Position numbers and translations under genes: made by a program. A stretch of 57,761 nucleotides of DNA, from positions 1-57,761 of the forward strand of contig JBBTRI010000010.1 of the NCBI GenBank assembly GCA_038065255.1, in the 5' to 3' direction. The notes below the pieces were generated by a model, which worked only from the letters and a program-made list of their open reading frames with translations, did no database searches and had not been told where the DNA came from. Source of the stretch: Patescibacteria group bacterium (GTDB lineage: Bacteria; Patescibacteriota; Patescibacteriia; JACQRZ01). Below are positions 1 to 8,900 of the stretch, in pieces (the stretch's first letter is position 1; the number at the start of each line of letters is the position of its first letter).

Positions 1-175
1 ATTTGGCAACAATGATCAAAACAGGATTTGATGAAGTGGATACTTGTTTCGATGGCATTGATACACGCCTTAGTAAAATATAATACCTTATTCTTAATGA
101 ACATACGCATCGCATCGAGTATCTAGAACTAGAACTTCAACGTATGAAAGATATGTTCGCGTTTAAATAAGTAGT

Positions 176-403
176 ATGAAAAAAGAAACTCGAAAATATA
201 ATGCTGTTTACCAAAAAAGAGGCAGATGGTTTATTGGTTGGGTGGAAGAAGTCCCCGGAGTGAATGTGCAGGAGAAAACACTCAAGGATGCCCGTGTTTC
301 ATTGCAGGAAGCTTTAGCAATGATACTTGAAGCAAATCATTCATACGTCGTTGAGAGTAAAGAAGTTATTCGAGAACCTGTTCTCTATACTCTTTCAAGA
401 TGA
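176..403 (+). CDS. hicB: HicB-family (UPF0150-like) antitoxin, short form
   Basis: 75-aa ORF with an ATG start. The core YNAVYQKRGRWFIGWVEEVPGVNVQEKTLKDARVSLQEAL fits the HicB N-terminal pattern. Its stop overlaps the next ORF start (ATGA at 400-403), which is typical toxin-antitoxin coupling. Confidence 0.7.
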   Translation: MKKETRKYNAVYQKRGRWFIGWVEEVPGVNVQEKTLKDARVSLQEALAMILEANHSYVVESKEVIREPVLYTLSR

Positions 404-594
404 AAAGAAAAGATTTTTTAAAATATTTAGCACTTCATCGCTGTGAACTTATGCGAGAAGGTGCGCGACACACACTTTTTTGTAATATTTCACTGCAGCG
501 TTTTTCCACTGTACCTCGCCATAATGAAATAAACTCATTTTTGGCTAAAAAAATTTGCTGTGATTTGGGAATTGAACCCATATCAAAAAGATAA
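400..594 (+). CDS. hicA: HicA-family mRNA-interferase toxin
   Basis: 64-aa ORF. KDFLKYL...REGARHTLF...STVPRHNEINSFLAKKICCDLGI follows the HicA/YcfA pattern (G-x-x-H, then vPrH.ei, then a C-terminal LgI). Confidence 0.75.
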   Translation: MKRKDFLKYLALHRCELMREGARHTLFCNISLQRFSTVPRHNEINSFLAKKICCDLGIEPISKR

Positions 595-596
595 CT

Positions 597-1832
597 CTAT
601 CTGTTTGCGCGGGCTTGCTGGCGATACGCCTGATTTCTTTCTTCTTTTTGTGCTCTTCGCCACTCGCGAATGCGGTCAGCTTTAGCTGCTAACACTTCAG
701 CAATAATATCTTCCAGACGCTTTGCAGAGATATGCGTTGCTTGGACACCAGGAGCCGTATCCCCGCCATTCATAAGAAATCCATAGGTATAGTACCATTC
801 CGGAGCGCACTCTACTGTGCCTTTCTGCGATAATGTAGCCCTATTAGTGGGAAGGGGGCGGCCCTGGATGCGCGCTTCCTCTGTGCGGATGGCAGCTGCA
901 ATTTCATTAATAACTTCCATGGGCACTTTCTTCTTATCCGGAAGGATGACAGGGTGCCCATCAGAAATCTGCATATTCATACATGTGCCAAATTTTTCCT
1001 GTATGTAACCAATCATTTTTGGAATAGATGATCTAATGCGTCCAATGAGAATATCTCCTCTGCCATCTATATCTAGCACAAACCCCTTGTTTTTGAATTC
1101 CTGAATAACCCTGATCTCCCGCTCAACAAATGTATTAAGCCACAAAAGTTTTTTTCGTAAGACAATCAACTGGTTTGCTTTATCTTCAGGACCACCTTTG
1201 GGTTTTCCCTGCCAATCAGTGACTTCATATTCCTCACGGATTTTTGTTAGTTCGTTTATGAGTGCAGATTGTATAGCCTGCGTATCATTGAGACGTACGG
1301 CATTTAAGATGCGGGCGAGCTCGTCTTTATCTACAACTCCAAGAATGCGCGCCATAAGTGTTGCGCCTGATTCCTTCTCTACTTCAGAATCGCTTGCTGT
1401 AGGATGTTCATCGAGTACGCTTCCACCTGTGCCAAGGAGGCGAATGCCGTTGCGCCAGTTGGTAAGCCAATCCGTACCCCTATAAGAAGGACCCGTATCG
1501 GTTCGCAAGACTATGCCTTGACCAAACGGACGTTCTTCGTCTTCAAGGTGTTCAAGGTTGATGATATGGCGAATATCCCCAAATAATGGGGAAGAGTATT
1601 TTGCTCCAAGAAAAAACTCAAGCACCTCATCGGCATGGGGGCGGTTATGGGTTGTGATTTCTCTCACAGGACCAGATACTGCCGAGAGTTGAGCCACTTT
1701 TGTATGCCAAGCTGCAAGGCGTATAAGCCGCTTGTCTACATCGGCTTCGTCCCATGCTGCAAGTTGAGATTTGATTCTACGAAGATGTTCCGGCTCTCTG
1801 AGTGTATCTGCTTGTTGTGTCATATTGTCCAT
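597..1832 (-). CDS. hypothetical protein (loosely MYG1/UPF0160-like DHH-type motifs)
   Basis: Long uninterrupted ORF. The track version (597..1862) starts at TTG, and the first ATG codons are at 1832 and 1823. THNRPHADEVL, RTDTGPSY and VLDEHP only loosely recall MYG1 motifs I-III. GC is visibly higher than in the neighbours. Confidence 0.6.
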   Translation of the reverse strand: MDNMTQQADTLREPEHLRRIKSQLAAWDEADVDKRLIRLAAWHTKVAQLSAVSGPVREITTHNRPHADEVLEFFLGAKYSSPLFGDIRHIINLEHLEDEERPFGQGIVLRTDTGPSYRGTDWLTNWRNGIRLLGTGGSVLDEHPTASDSEVEKESGATLMARILGVVDKDELARILNAVRLNDTQAIQSALINELTKIREEYEVTDWQGKPKGGPEDKANQLIVLRKKLLWLNTFVEREIRVIQEFKNKGFVLDIDGRGDILIGRIRSSIPKMIGYIQEKFGTCMNMQISDGHPVILPDKKKVPMEVINEIAAAIRTEEARIQGRPLPTNRATLSQKGTVECAPEWYYTYGFLMNGGDTAPGVQATHISAKRLEDIIAEVLAAKADRIREWRRAQKEERNQAYRQQARANR

Positions 1833-1887
1833 GAATATAGCACAAAAGTGAACTTTTGTCAATAAAAAGCTGTTTCTGCGTGATCAT

Positions 1888-1916
1888 TTGATTTTTTCTT
1901 TTGGTTACGTTATAAT
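1888..1916 (+). promoter_or_regulatory. sigma70-like promoter upstream of lepB
   Basis: TTGATT (1888-1893), a 17-nt spacer, then TATAAT (1911-1916), lying 31 nt upstream of the lepB ATG. Confidence 0.5.
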
Positions 1917-1946
1917 GCCTTTGGTTGTGTATAACATTATCTTTGC

Positions 1947-2612
1947 ATGGCTTCTAAAGTCCTCAGTGGCTTTGATTTTGTATTTATGCCGATAATAAAA
2001 AGTGAAAACGAATTCAATGAAGAACTCCAGCAGGGCGGGGGAGGGAAGCGAAAGCTTTCATTTGCTTCTACTGCGCTTGAGTACTTTGCAGAATTCACAA
2101 AAATATTTATTATTGCAGCGGCGATCATTTTACCCGTACGGTTGTTTCTAGTGCAGCCATTCTACGTGAGGGGGCAATCGATGGAGCCGAATTTCCATGA
2201 TAGCGAATACCTTATTATCGACAAACTCAGCCCTCGATTCAAGCCCTACCAGCGAGGCGAGGTGATCGTGTTCCGCTATGATTCAGCCGATCAGCGTTAT
2301 TTAATAAAACGCATCATAGGATTGCCCGGCGAGCATGTGAGTATTGCAAACAGGCATGTGACCATTACCAACAAAGAACATCCCGACGGCCTGACGCTTG
2401 ATGAAAATACCTATAAACCTCAGGAGCTTGGCCTTGAAACACTTGAGTTTGATGTGGCACCTGATGAGTATTTTGTACTTGGAGATAATCGTGAGAACAG
2501 CTATGATTCATCGAAATTCGGCCCCATTAAGATACGGCAAGTAATCGGCAGGGTGTATCTACGGGGTTTGCCTATTACAAAGTTTGAAATATTCAGTGCT
2601 CCAACCTATTGA
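1947..2612 (+). CDS. lepB: signal peptidase I
   Basis: Contains GQSMEPNF (catalytic Ser box), VIVF, LIKRIIGLPGE (Lys box) and YFVLGDNRENSYDS motifs, plus an N-terminal TM segment. Confidence 0.93.
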   Translation: MASKVLSGFDFVFMPIIKSENEFNEELQQGGGGKRKLSFASTALEYFAEFTKIFIIAAAIILPVRLFLVQPFYVRGQSMEPNFHDSEYLIIDKLSPRFKPYQRGEVIVFRYDSADQRYLIKRIIGLPGEHVSIANRHVTITNKEHPDGLTLDENTYKPQELGLETLEFDVAPDEYFVLGDNRENSYDSSKFGPIKIRQVIGRVYLRGLPITKFEIFSAPTY

Positions 2613-2613
2613 T

Positions 2614-4017
2614 ATGAAAAAGAAACAAGATAAACAACCTGAAGCAGCGCCTGCTGTGCAACCTGTACAATCTGCAAAACCAGGCATTGAAACCGTGAAG
2701 CAGGTAAGAGCTCCGCAGCTTGTGAAGGGTATGAAAGATATTCTTCCTGTTGACCAGCCGTATTGGATGCATATTAAAGCATTGATTGGTCGCATGATGG
2801 ATGACTATAGCTTTGGCCGGATCGATATGCCGATTGTTGAAGATACGTCGCTGTTTTTGCATGGGCTTGGCAAGCAAACAGATATCGTGGAAAAAGAAAT
2901 GTATACATTTGTGGATCAGGGAGGGAACAACTTGTCTCTCCGTCCGGAATTGACTGCAAGTTTTGTGCGTTCCTATCTGGAGCATGGCATGCTCACATGG
3001 CCGCAGCCGGTGAAGCTCTATGCGGTTGGACCTGCTTATAGGCACGACAAGCCCCAAGAAGGGCGCTATCGGCAATTCTATCAGTGGAGCTGTGAAGTCA
3101 TCGGCGAGGCAAAGGCTGCCGCAGATGCACAGCTCATTCTTATAGCGTATAAATTCTATACATCACTGGGTCTTTCACCGATCATGCATATTAACAGTAT
3201 CGGTTGCCAGGTATGCCGGCCAGCGTATCGCGAGGCGCTGACAGAATATTACAAAAACAAACGCAGCCAGATTTGCGAAGATTGCAAGAGAAGGCTTACC
3301 AGGAATGTTATGCGACTCCTTGATTGCAAGGAGCAAACCTGCCAGGAGATCAAAGCAAAAAGTCCTCACATGGATGAATACCGCTGCGATGATTGCAAAA
3401 ACCATTTCATGTCGGTGCTTGAATATGTGGATGACTTTGATATACCCTATGAATATAACCACTATTTGGTGCGCGGACTAGATTATTATTCTCGAACAGT
3501 CTTTGAGTTTTATATTCCGCGGGGAGACGATGAGGAAATGAATATGCTTGCCATTGGCGGCGGCGGGAGATATGATCAGCTTGTTGAATTGTTCGGCGGG
3601 ATGCCTACGCCGGCGGTTGGGTTTGCGGTTGGTATAGAGCGAGTGATCTTAAAACTGAAAGAAATGCAGACGGCGGGAGAAGAGATCCCCATTGTCCAAC
3701 AGCGAAAAATTGATATATTTATTGCACAGCTTGGCGAGCGTGCAAAGCGCAGAATGATGGTATTATATGAAGAGTTGCTCAAAGAAGGCTTTGCTATGGC
3801 GGAAGCATTTACCAAGGATAGTTTGAGGGCGCAGCTTGATTTGGCAAATAAACTTGGTGTGAAATTTACGGTTATTTTGGGTGAAAAAGAATTGATCGAC
3901 GGAACGATTATTATCAGAAATATGGAAGGTGGCGAACAGGAAGTGATAGATAGTACCAAGCTTATACCGACCTTGCGCAAAAAGCTCGATGCATGGTCGC
4001 AGAAAACAACATCGTGA
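2614..4017 (+). CDS. hisS: histidine--tRNA ligase
   Basis: Contains KGMKDILP, LRPELTA, YRHDKPQEGRYRQFYQ (motif 2), GGGGRYD (motif 3) and a C-terminal anticodon-binding domain. The track ORF starts at TTG 2584, and the first ATG at 2614 lies 2 nt after the lepB stop. Confidence 0.93.
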   Translation: MKKKQDKQPEAAPAVQPVQSAKPGIETVKQVRAPQLVKGMKDILPVDQPYWMHIKALIGRMMDDYSFGRIDMPIVEDTSLFLHGLGKQTDIVEKEMYTFVDQGGNNLSLRPELTASFVRSYLEHGMLTWPQPVKLYAVGPAYRHDKPQEGRYRQFYQWSCEVIGEAKAAADAQLILIAYKFYTSLGLSPIMHINSIGCQVCRPAYREALTEYYKNKRSQICEDCKRRLTRNVMRLLDCKEQTCQEIKAKSPHMDEYRCDDCKNHFMSVLEYVDDFDIPYEYNHYLVRGLDYYSRTVFEFYIPRGDDEEMNMLAIGGGGRYDQLVELFGGMPTPAVGFAVGIERVILKLKEMQTAGEEIPIVQQRKIDIFIAQLGERAKRRMMVLYEELLKEGFAMAEAFTKDSLRAQLDLANKLGVKFTVILGEKELIDGTIIIRNMEGGEQEVIDSTKLIPTLRKKLDAWSQKTTS

Positions 4018-4057
4018 TTATATTAATTCATAACGGTTGAAAAGGGGTGAACACACC

Positions 4058-4312
4058 ATGCCAGAAATAAAACGAAAAACAAAAGAGTCGTTTGAGTCGG
4101 CATTGCGAAGATTCAACAAGCAGGTTCAGCAGAGCGGAAAATTGCTATCTGTTCGAAAATTGCGGTTCTTTACGCGTTCCAAGAACAGGCGAGCAAAGAA
4201 AGAAACTGCGCTGCGTAGAATGAAGATCGAGCAGAAGAAAAACTATCTCCGCAAAGTAGGCAAGCTCAAAGACGTCTTTCCGGGTGTCAAGGCTGTCATG
4301 AGATTGCAATAG
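4058..4312 (+). CDS. rpsU: 30S ribosomal protein S21
   Basis: ESFESALRRFNKQVQQSGKLLSVRKLRFFTRSKNRRAKK is S21-like. ATG 4058 is preceded by the SD-like AAAGGGGTGA. The track ORF begins at the upstream TTG 4037. Confidence 0.9.
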   Translation: MPEIKRKTKESFESALRRFNKQVQQSGKLLSVRKLRFFTRSKNRRAKKETALRRMKIEQKKNYLRKVGKLKDVFPGVKAVMRLQ

Positions 4313-4337
4313 CATTCGTTAATAACATTTCAGCGCC

Positions 4338-5939
4338 ATGATTTGGAGGAGGAACAGTTTCATAGGGGCAGCTGTAGGTGTGGCACTCATAGTGCCAAGT
4401 GTTGTGTTTGCCGCAAACGGATTCGGAGCTTTTATAGGTGTACAGGGAGATGATGTACGCCTTATTGTGCTACGCGTGTTTCAGATATTTTGGATACTCG
4501 TCGGTATTGCATGCGCAGCGCTGGGCGGATACGGCATTTATTTGTACAGGTCAGCATCAGGAGATGAAGAAGAGCTGCATCAGGGCAAACGCTTCATGTT
4601 GATAGGCGCCATTGGTGTTGTAGTCGTGATTGCACTTTCTATTATATTGGCGCAGATCTATGGAAGCATGGCTAAAAAAACCGCCAGTCAGGTCGTGGGT
4701 ACCGAAGTTGAATTCCCTTCGCAATTTTTTAGCGAAATGCTTGGCGCAGGAGGAAGGGTTGCAGAGCATTTTCCTACGCGAGATGCCAAAAATATTCCTC
4801 GGAATGCCCGTATTATTATTACATTTAAGGAATCCATTCGTATTGAGAGCGTTAGAGATGACGCAAAGAAACTAAAAACAGATGTTATTCGCATTCAACA
4901 AGTGTTTCCGCAAGTGACTGGCGTCATGGTGAATGCGGCGGGAGCTGTAGAAACAAATAGCGATCATACTGTTCTTACTATTGCTCCTGAAGCGCTATTC
5001 GGCGAGAAGAACAAAAAGTCTACCTATGCCGTTACGCTAACGAATGCACTACAGAATGAAAAAGGAGAAAAAATATTTTCTACAAACAGCGGCTACTCAT
5101 GGCAATTTGAAGTCAGCGGACTTGTGGATAATACCCCTCCTCAGTTGGAATCTGCGCAGCCCCTGCCCCAAGCCTCTGGTATGCAGCAGCAGATTCGCTA
5201 TCCCTACAATCACCTCATTCAGATGACATTTACCAAACCTATTGACCCATTAAGCATTACCGGCGACAAAATAGAAGTGATCAATGATGATTTGAGTACG
5301 AAAGTGCTCGGTAGTGTCACTGTTGGCAATGGATTTCGTACTGTGACATTTTTGCCGAAAACATCATGCGGGAAAAACGCATGCAGTGAGACAATCTTCT
5401 GCTTGCCACAAAAAAATAGGCTTCATGTAACGGCAAAAGCTGCCTCTCTGCCAAAGACAAGAAGTTCCGAGAGTCCGAATCGCGCAGTTTTTCCGTATGA
5501 TGGCATCGTTGATGTGATGGGTAACTCTCTTGATGGTGGCGGAGTTAATGCAGCACAGAAGAATGGGAAATCAGACGGTCCTCCGACAGATTCAGTGACC
5601 TACTCGTTTGCTACATCAGACCAATTTGCAAGTACCCCACCTCAAGTGACCTACATCATGCCGAAGCGGGATGGCACCAAGGTAGACCTCACTCAACCTA
5701 TTCAGGCTGATTTCTCATCGTTTATGGATCTTACGTCACTTCACAGCAGTACCTTTATGTTGAGTAAGGAATTAAACTATTGGATTGTAAGCACTAATGA
5801 TAGTGCAAACAAAAAAACCACTTCACAGATTTTGCATGACACACTGAAGCCAAATACAATCTATAAACCGGAAATTCAATCAGCAGTAAAAGATATTACT
5901 CAGCAATGTTTTAATCCATGTATTGGCCCGACGCCATAA
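4338..5939 (+). CDS. membrane-anchored surface protein: N-terminal TrbC/VirB2-like (T4SS-pilin-like) two-helix module fused to about three Big_5/SbsA-type Ig-like domains
   Basis: The signal-like N-terminus (AAVGVALIVPSVVFA) is followed by two hydrophobic helices flanking GGYGIYLYRSASGDEEELHQGKRF, which matches pilin-like topology. Three segments then follow the Big_5 style (IIITFKESIRIESV...VLTIAPE...YAVTL; IQMTFTKPIDPLSI...TVTFLP; IQADFSSFMDLTSL). It ends 10 nt before the giant ORF. Confidence 0.6.
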   Translation: MIWRRNSFIGAAVGVALIVPSVVFAANGFGAFIGVQGDDVRLIVLRVFQIFWILVGIACAALGGYGIYLYRSASGDEEELHQGKRFMLIGAIGVVVVIALSIILAQIYGSMAKKTASQVVGTEVEFPSQFFSEMLGAGGRVAEHFPTRDAKNIPRNARIIITFKESIRIESVRDDAKKLKTDVIRIQQVFPQVTGVMVNAAGAVETNSDHTVLTIAPEALFGEKNKKSTYAVTLTNALQNEKGEKIFSTNSGYSWQFEVSGLVDNTPPQLESAQPLPQASGMQQQIRYPYNHLIQMTFTKPIDPLSITGDKIEVINDDLSTKVLGSVTVGNGFRTVTFLPKTSCGKNACSETIFCLPQKNRLHVTAKAASLPKTRSSESPNRAVFPYDGIVDVMGNSLDGGGVNAAQKNGKSDGPPTDSVTYSFATSDQFASTPPQVTYIMPKRDGTKVDLTQPIQADFSSFMDLTSLHSSTFMLSKELNYWIVSTNDSANKKTTSQILHDTLKPNTIYKPEIQSAVKDITQQCFNPCIGPTP

Positions 5940-5949
5940 TACTATTGCC

Positions 5950-8900
5950 ATGCGCACTTTCCATCCACATTTGAAACCGTTTTTTATAGGGCTCTGCATG
6001 AGTGCCTGTGTTGCGTTGGGCGGGATATCATTTGTGTTGGCGCAAGCGACATTGCCAATCATTCCTGATAAGCCGGATCGGCAGCTGGCACCAAAACAAG
6101 CGGAACAGCCTCTTAGCACAGCACAGGGTGAAGCAATGAAAATTGACCGTGTCTTTCCACAGAGCGGTCCGCCCAACCAATTTGTCAGCATTGAGGGCAG
6201 CGGATTTGGCCCAGTGGCCGGTACGGTAGTTTTTGATCAGAACGGCCGTGCAGTGCAGGCTGAGACAAAAAGTTTTCCGCTCGAGTGCCAAGGCCTTTGG
6301 TGGAGGAATACGACTATTATTGTCAAAGTGCCACAGCTCGAAGCAGGCACGTACATGATAAAACTCAAGCGACAGGATGGATCTATTAGCAACCAAATCC
6401 GTTTTGTAGTCAATCAAGGAACTCCGACGCCGGGTATCTGCGGATTATTGCCCGATAACGGCCCCGCCGGTGTTCCGGTCAGAATATTTGGATCTGGTTT
6501 TGGCAGAGATGCAGGAAAAGTGGTTCTTGGCAGTGTGGATTTGCAAATCGAAGATCAGGGGTGGAATGATTCAATTATTAGGGCGCAGACATCTTTGACC
6601 GATTCTCTATCGGGAAAAATCCGCGTTATTACTGCAGACAAAACGTTGAGCAATCCGATTTCATTCTCTTTTGCTCGATGTTCTCCAGGATCCTGTGGCA
6701 CGGGAAATGCATGCTGTGCAGACGGTTCATGTCGTCCGGATGGGCGCTGCGAAGATAGGCCGCCTCTCTGTACGTATTCGTGGGCGTTTTATACAGGTGA
6801 TCTTGCCGGTACCGGCGAACCGTGTTCATCTAATGAACAATGTTTGTCAGGAATTTGTACGAATGGCATATGCGCACAGGGAATAAAGGGAGAAGGCGCG
6901 CGATGCACATTTGATGCCGAATGCCAGAAGGGATTGAAATGCGAGAATGGCATGTGCAAATCTATTTTGAAAAAAAATGGCGACAAATGCACCAGCAGTT
7001 CAGAATGTTTCAGTGGGAAATGCGAAAATGGAATATGTAAAAATGGTGACAAAAAAGTTGGTGAGCAATGCAAGTACGATCAAGAGTGTGCTAGCGGTAA
7101 TTGCTATAACGGAAAATGTGCTCAGGCGCGCATATGCCCCAAAGTGTTGAAATCAGAACCTACCGGCAAACTGGCATATAAAAATTCAGTTTTCAGTTTG
7201 TTATTCAATCAGTTAATGGATGAAGCCTCGGTACGTGCTGCACTTTTGTTTAGACCCGAAACAAAGGGCTCAATTCTAGTTAAAGTTATTGGAACGGGAT
7301 TGGAAGCAAAAACACAGGCGGAATATAGGCCGGATGCATCATTAAAATCAAATGAAGCTTACACATTTGTTGCTGGGCCGGATGCACGTTCTGCATCCAG
7401 TCCGGATACGATTGCAAAATGTGCTGCAACAGGTGGGAATGCATGCAGTGGCACGGGTTCGATTTGTGACAAAAAAGGTTCGCTCTGCGAAGGTGGTGCG
7501 TCATGTTCCGGTAATTCATCCACATGTCGCGGCGTTGGTACGGTATGTAGCGGCAAAGGATCAAAATGTCTGGAAGGAGCCACATGCACTGGCACCGGTT
7601 CCACATGTTTAGATAAAGGAAGCTCGTGTACCAATGAAGGCTCGGTATGTCGTAAGCAGGCTGGCTGTTCCGGTCTCAATGCCCAATGCGGCGGATCAGG
7701 GGTGCTGTGTACCGGGAATGGTTCGATATGTAAGGATGGAGCAGTGTGTAAAGGTACGCCACCTATTGTAAAGGAAGAAAAGTGTGAAACTTCAGGACAG
7801 AAATGCAGTGCTCAGGGAGCTCAGTGCACTAATGGATCAACATGTAGCGGTGTTATCTCTCGCTGTACCGGAATAGGAGCAGCATGTGAAGGAAATAGTT
7901 CAACGTGCCTCAATGGAGCGGTTTGTGATGGCAGTAATTCTACCTGCAGCGGAGTTGGAACCCTGTGTACTGGAAGCGAAAGCAAATGCGTGAATGGCGC
8001 TCGTTGTACCGGAGTTGATCCTGTATGTCAGGGAGCAGCAAGTGAATGTACCGGCGATGGAAGCGTATGCAGTGCCGGCGCTACGTGCAATGTGTTGCCG
8101 CCAGATATTGCATGCGGTGCAAATGGTACATGTCCGGGTGGACTGGTGTGTAATCCTGCTACGCAAAAATGTATCGATCCACCGACGTGCGGACTAGGCG
8201 GCAAATGTCCCGAAGGGTTGAAATGTAATTCCGATAATAAATGCTACCCTGCATGCGGCGCAAACGGCGCATGCCCGGGTGGACTGGTGTGTAATCCAAA
8301 AACGCTAGCATGCACTCCGCCTCCATCATGTGAAAATGGCAAATGTCCAAATGGATTGCAGTGTAACAAGGAGGATAATAAATGCTACCCTGCATGCGCA
8401 GCAAAGGGTGCTTGTCCTGCTGGGTTATCATGTAATGGATCAAATCTCTGTGGGTTGCCCCCGACGTGTGGGCCAAACGGAACCTGTCCGAATGGAGGCG
8501 TTTGTAGTAAAACAGATAATCGTTGTTATCCCGAATGCGGAGCAAACGGCACATGTCCGGGAGGGTTAGTATGTAATCCCAATACAAAAGGCTGTGAGCC
8601 AATCATTCAATGCGGTATTGGCGGTTCCTGTCCGGCAGGATATGAGTGTGAAAAAAGCTCAAATCAATGCAAGCCTATTATTCCTTGCGGTCCCGGCGGC
8701 TCCTGCCCAGGAGGAAAAGTATGCGTACCCGGCACAAATACCTGTATTGAACCTCCTGTATGCGGTGAGGGTGGAAAATGTCCCGATGGCTTAGAATGTA
8801 ATCCCGCAACACAGCATTGTTACCCTCCATGCGGCCCTGGAGGAAGCTGTCCAAGCGGTCTTGCATGTAAGCCTGGAGGCACTACTTGCGAAGTAGTAAC

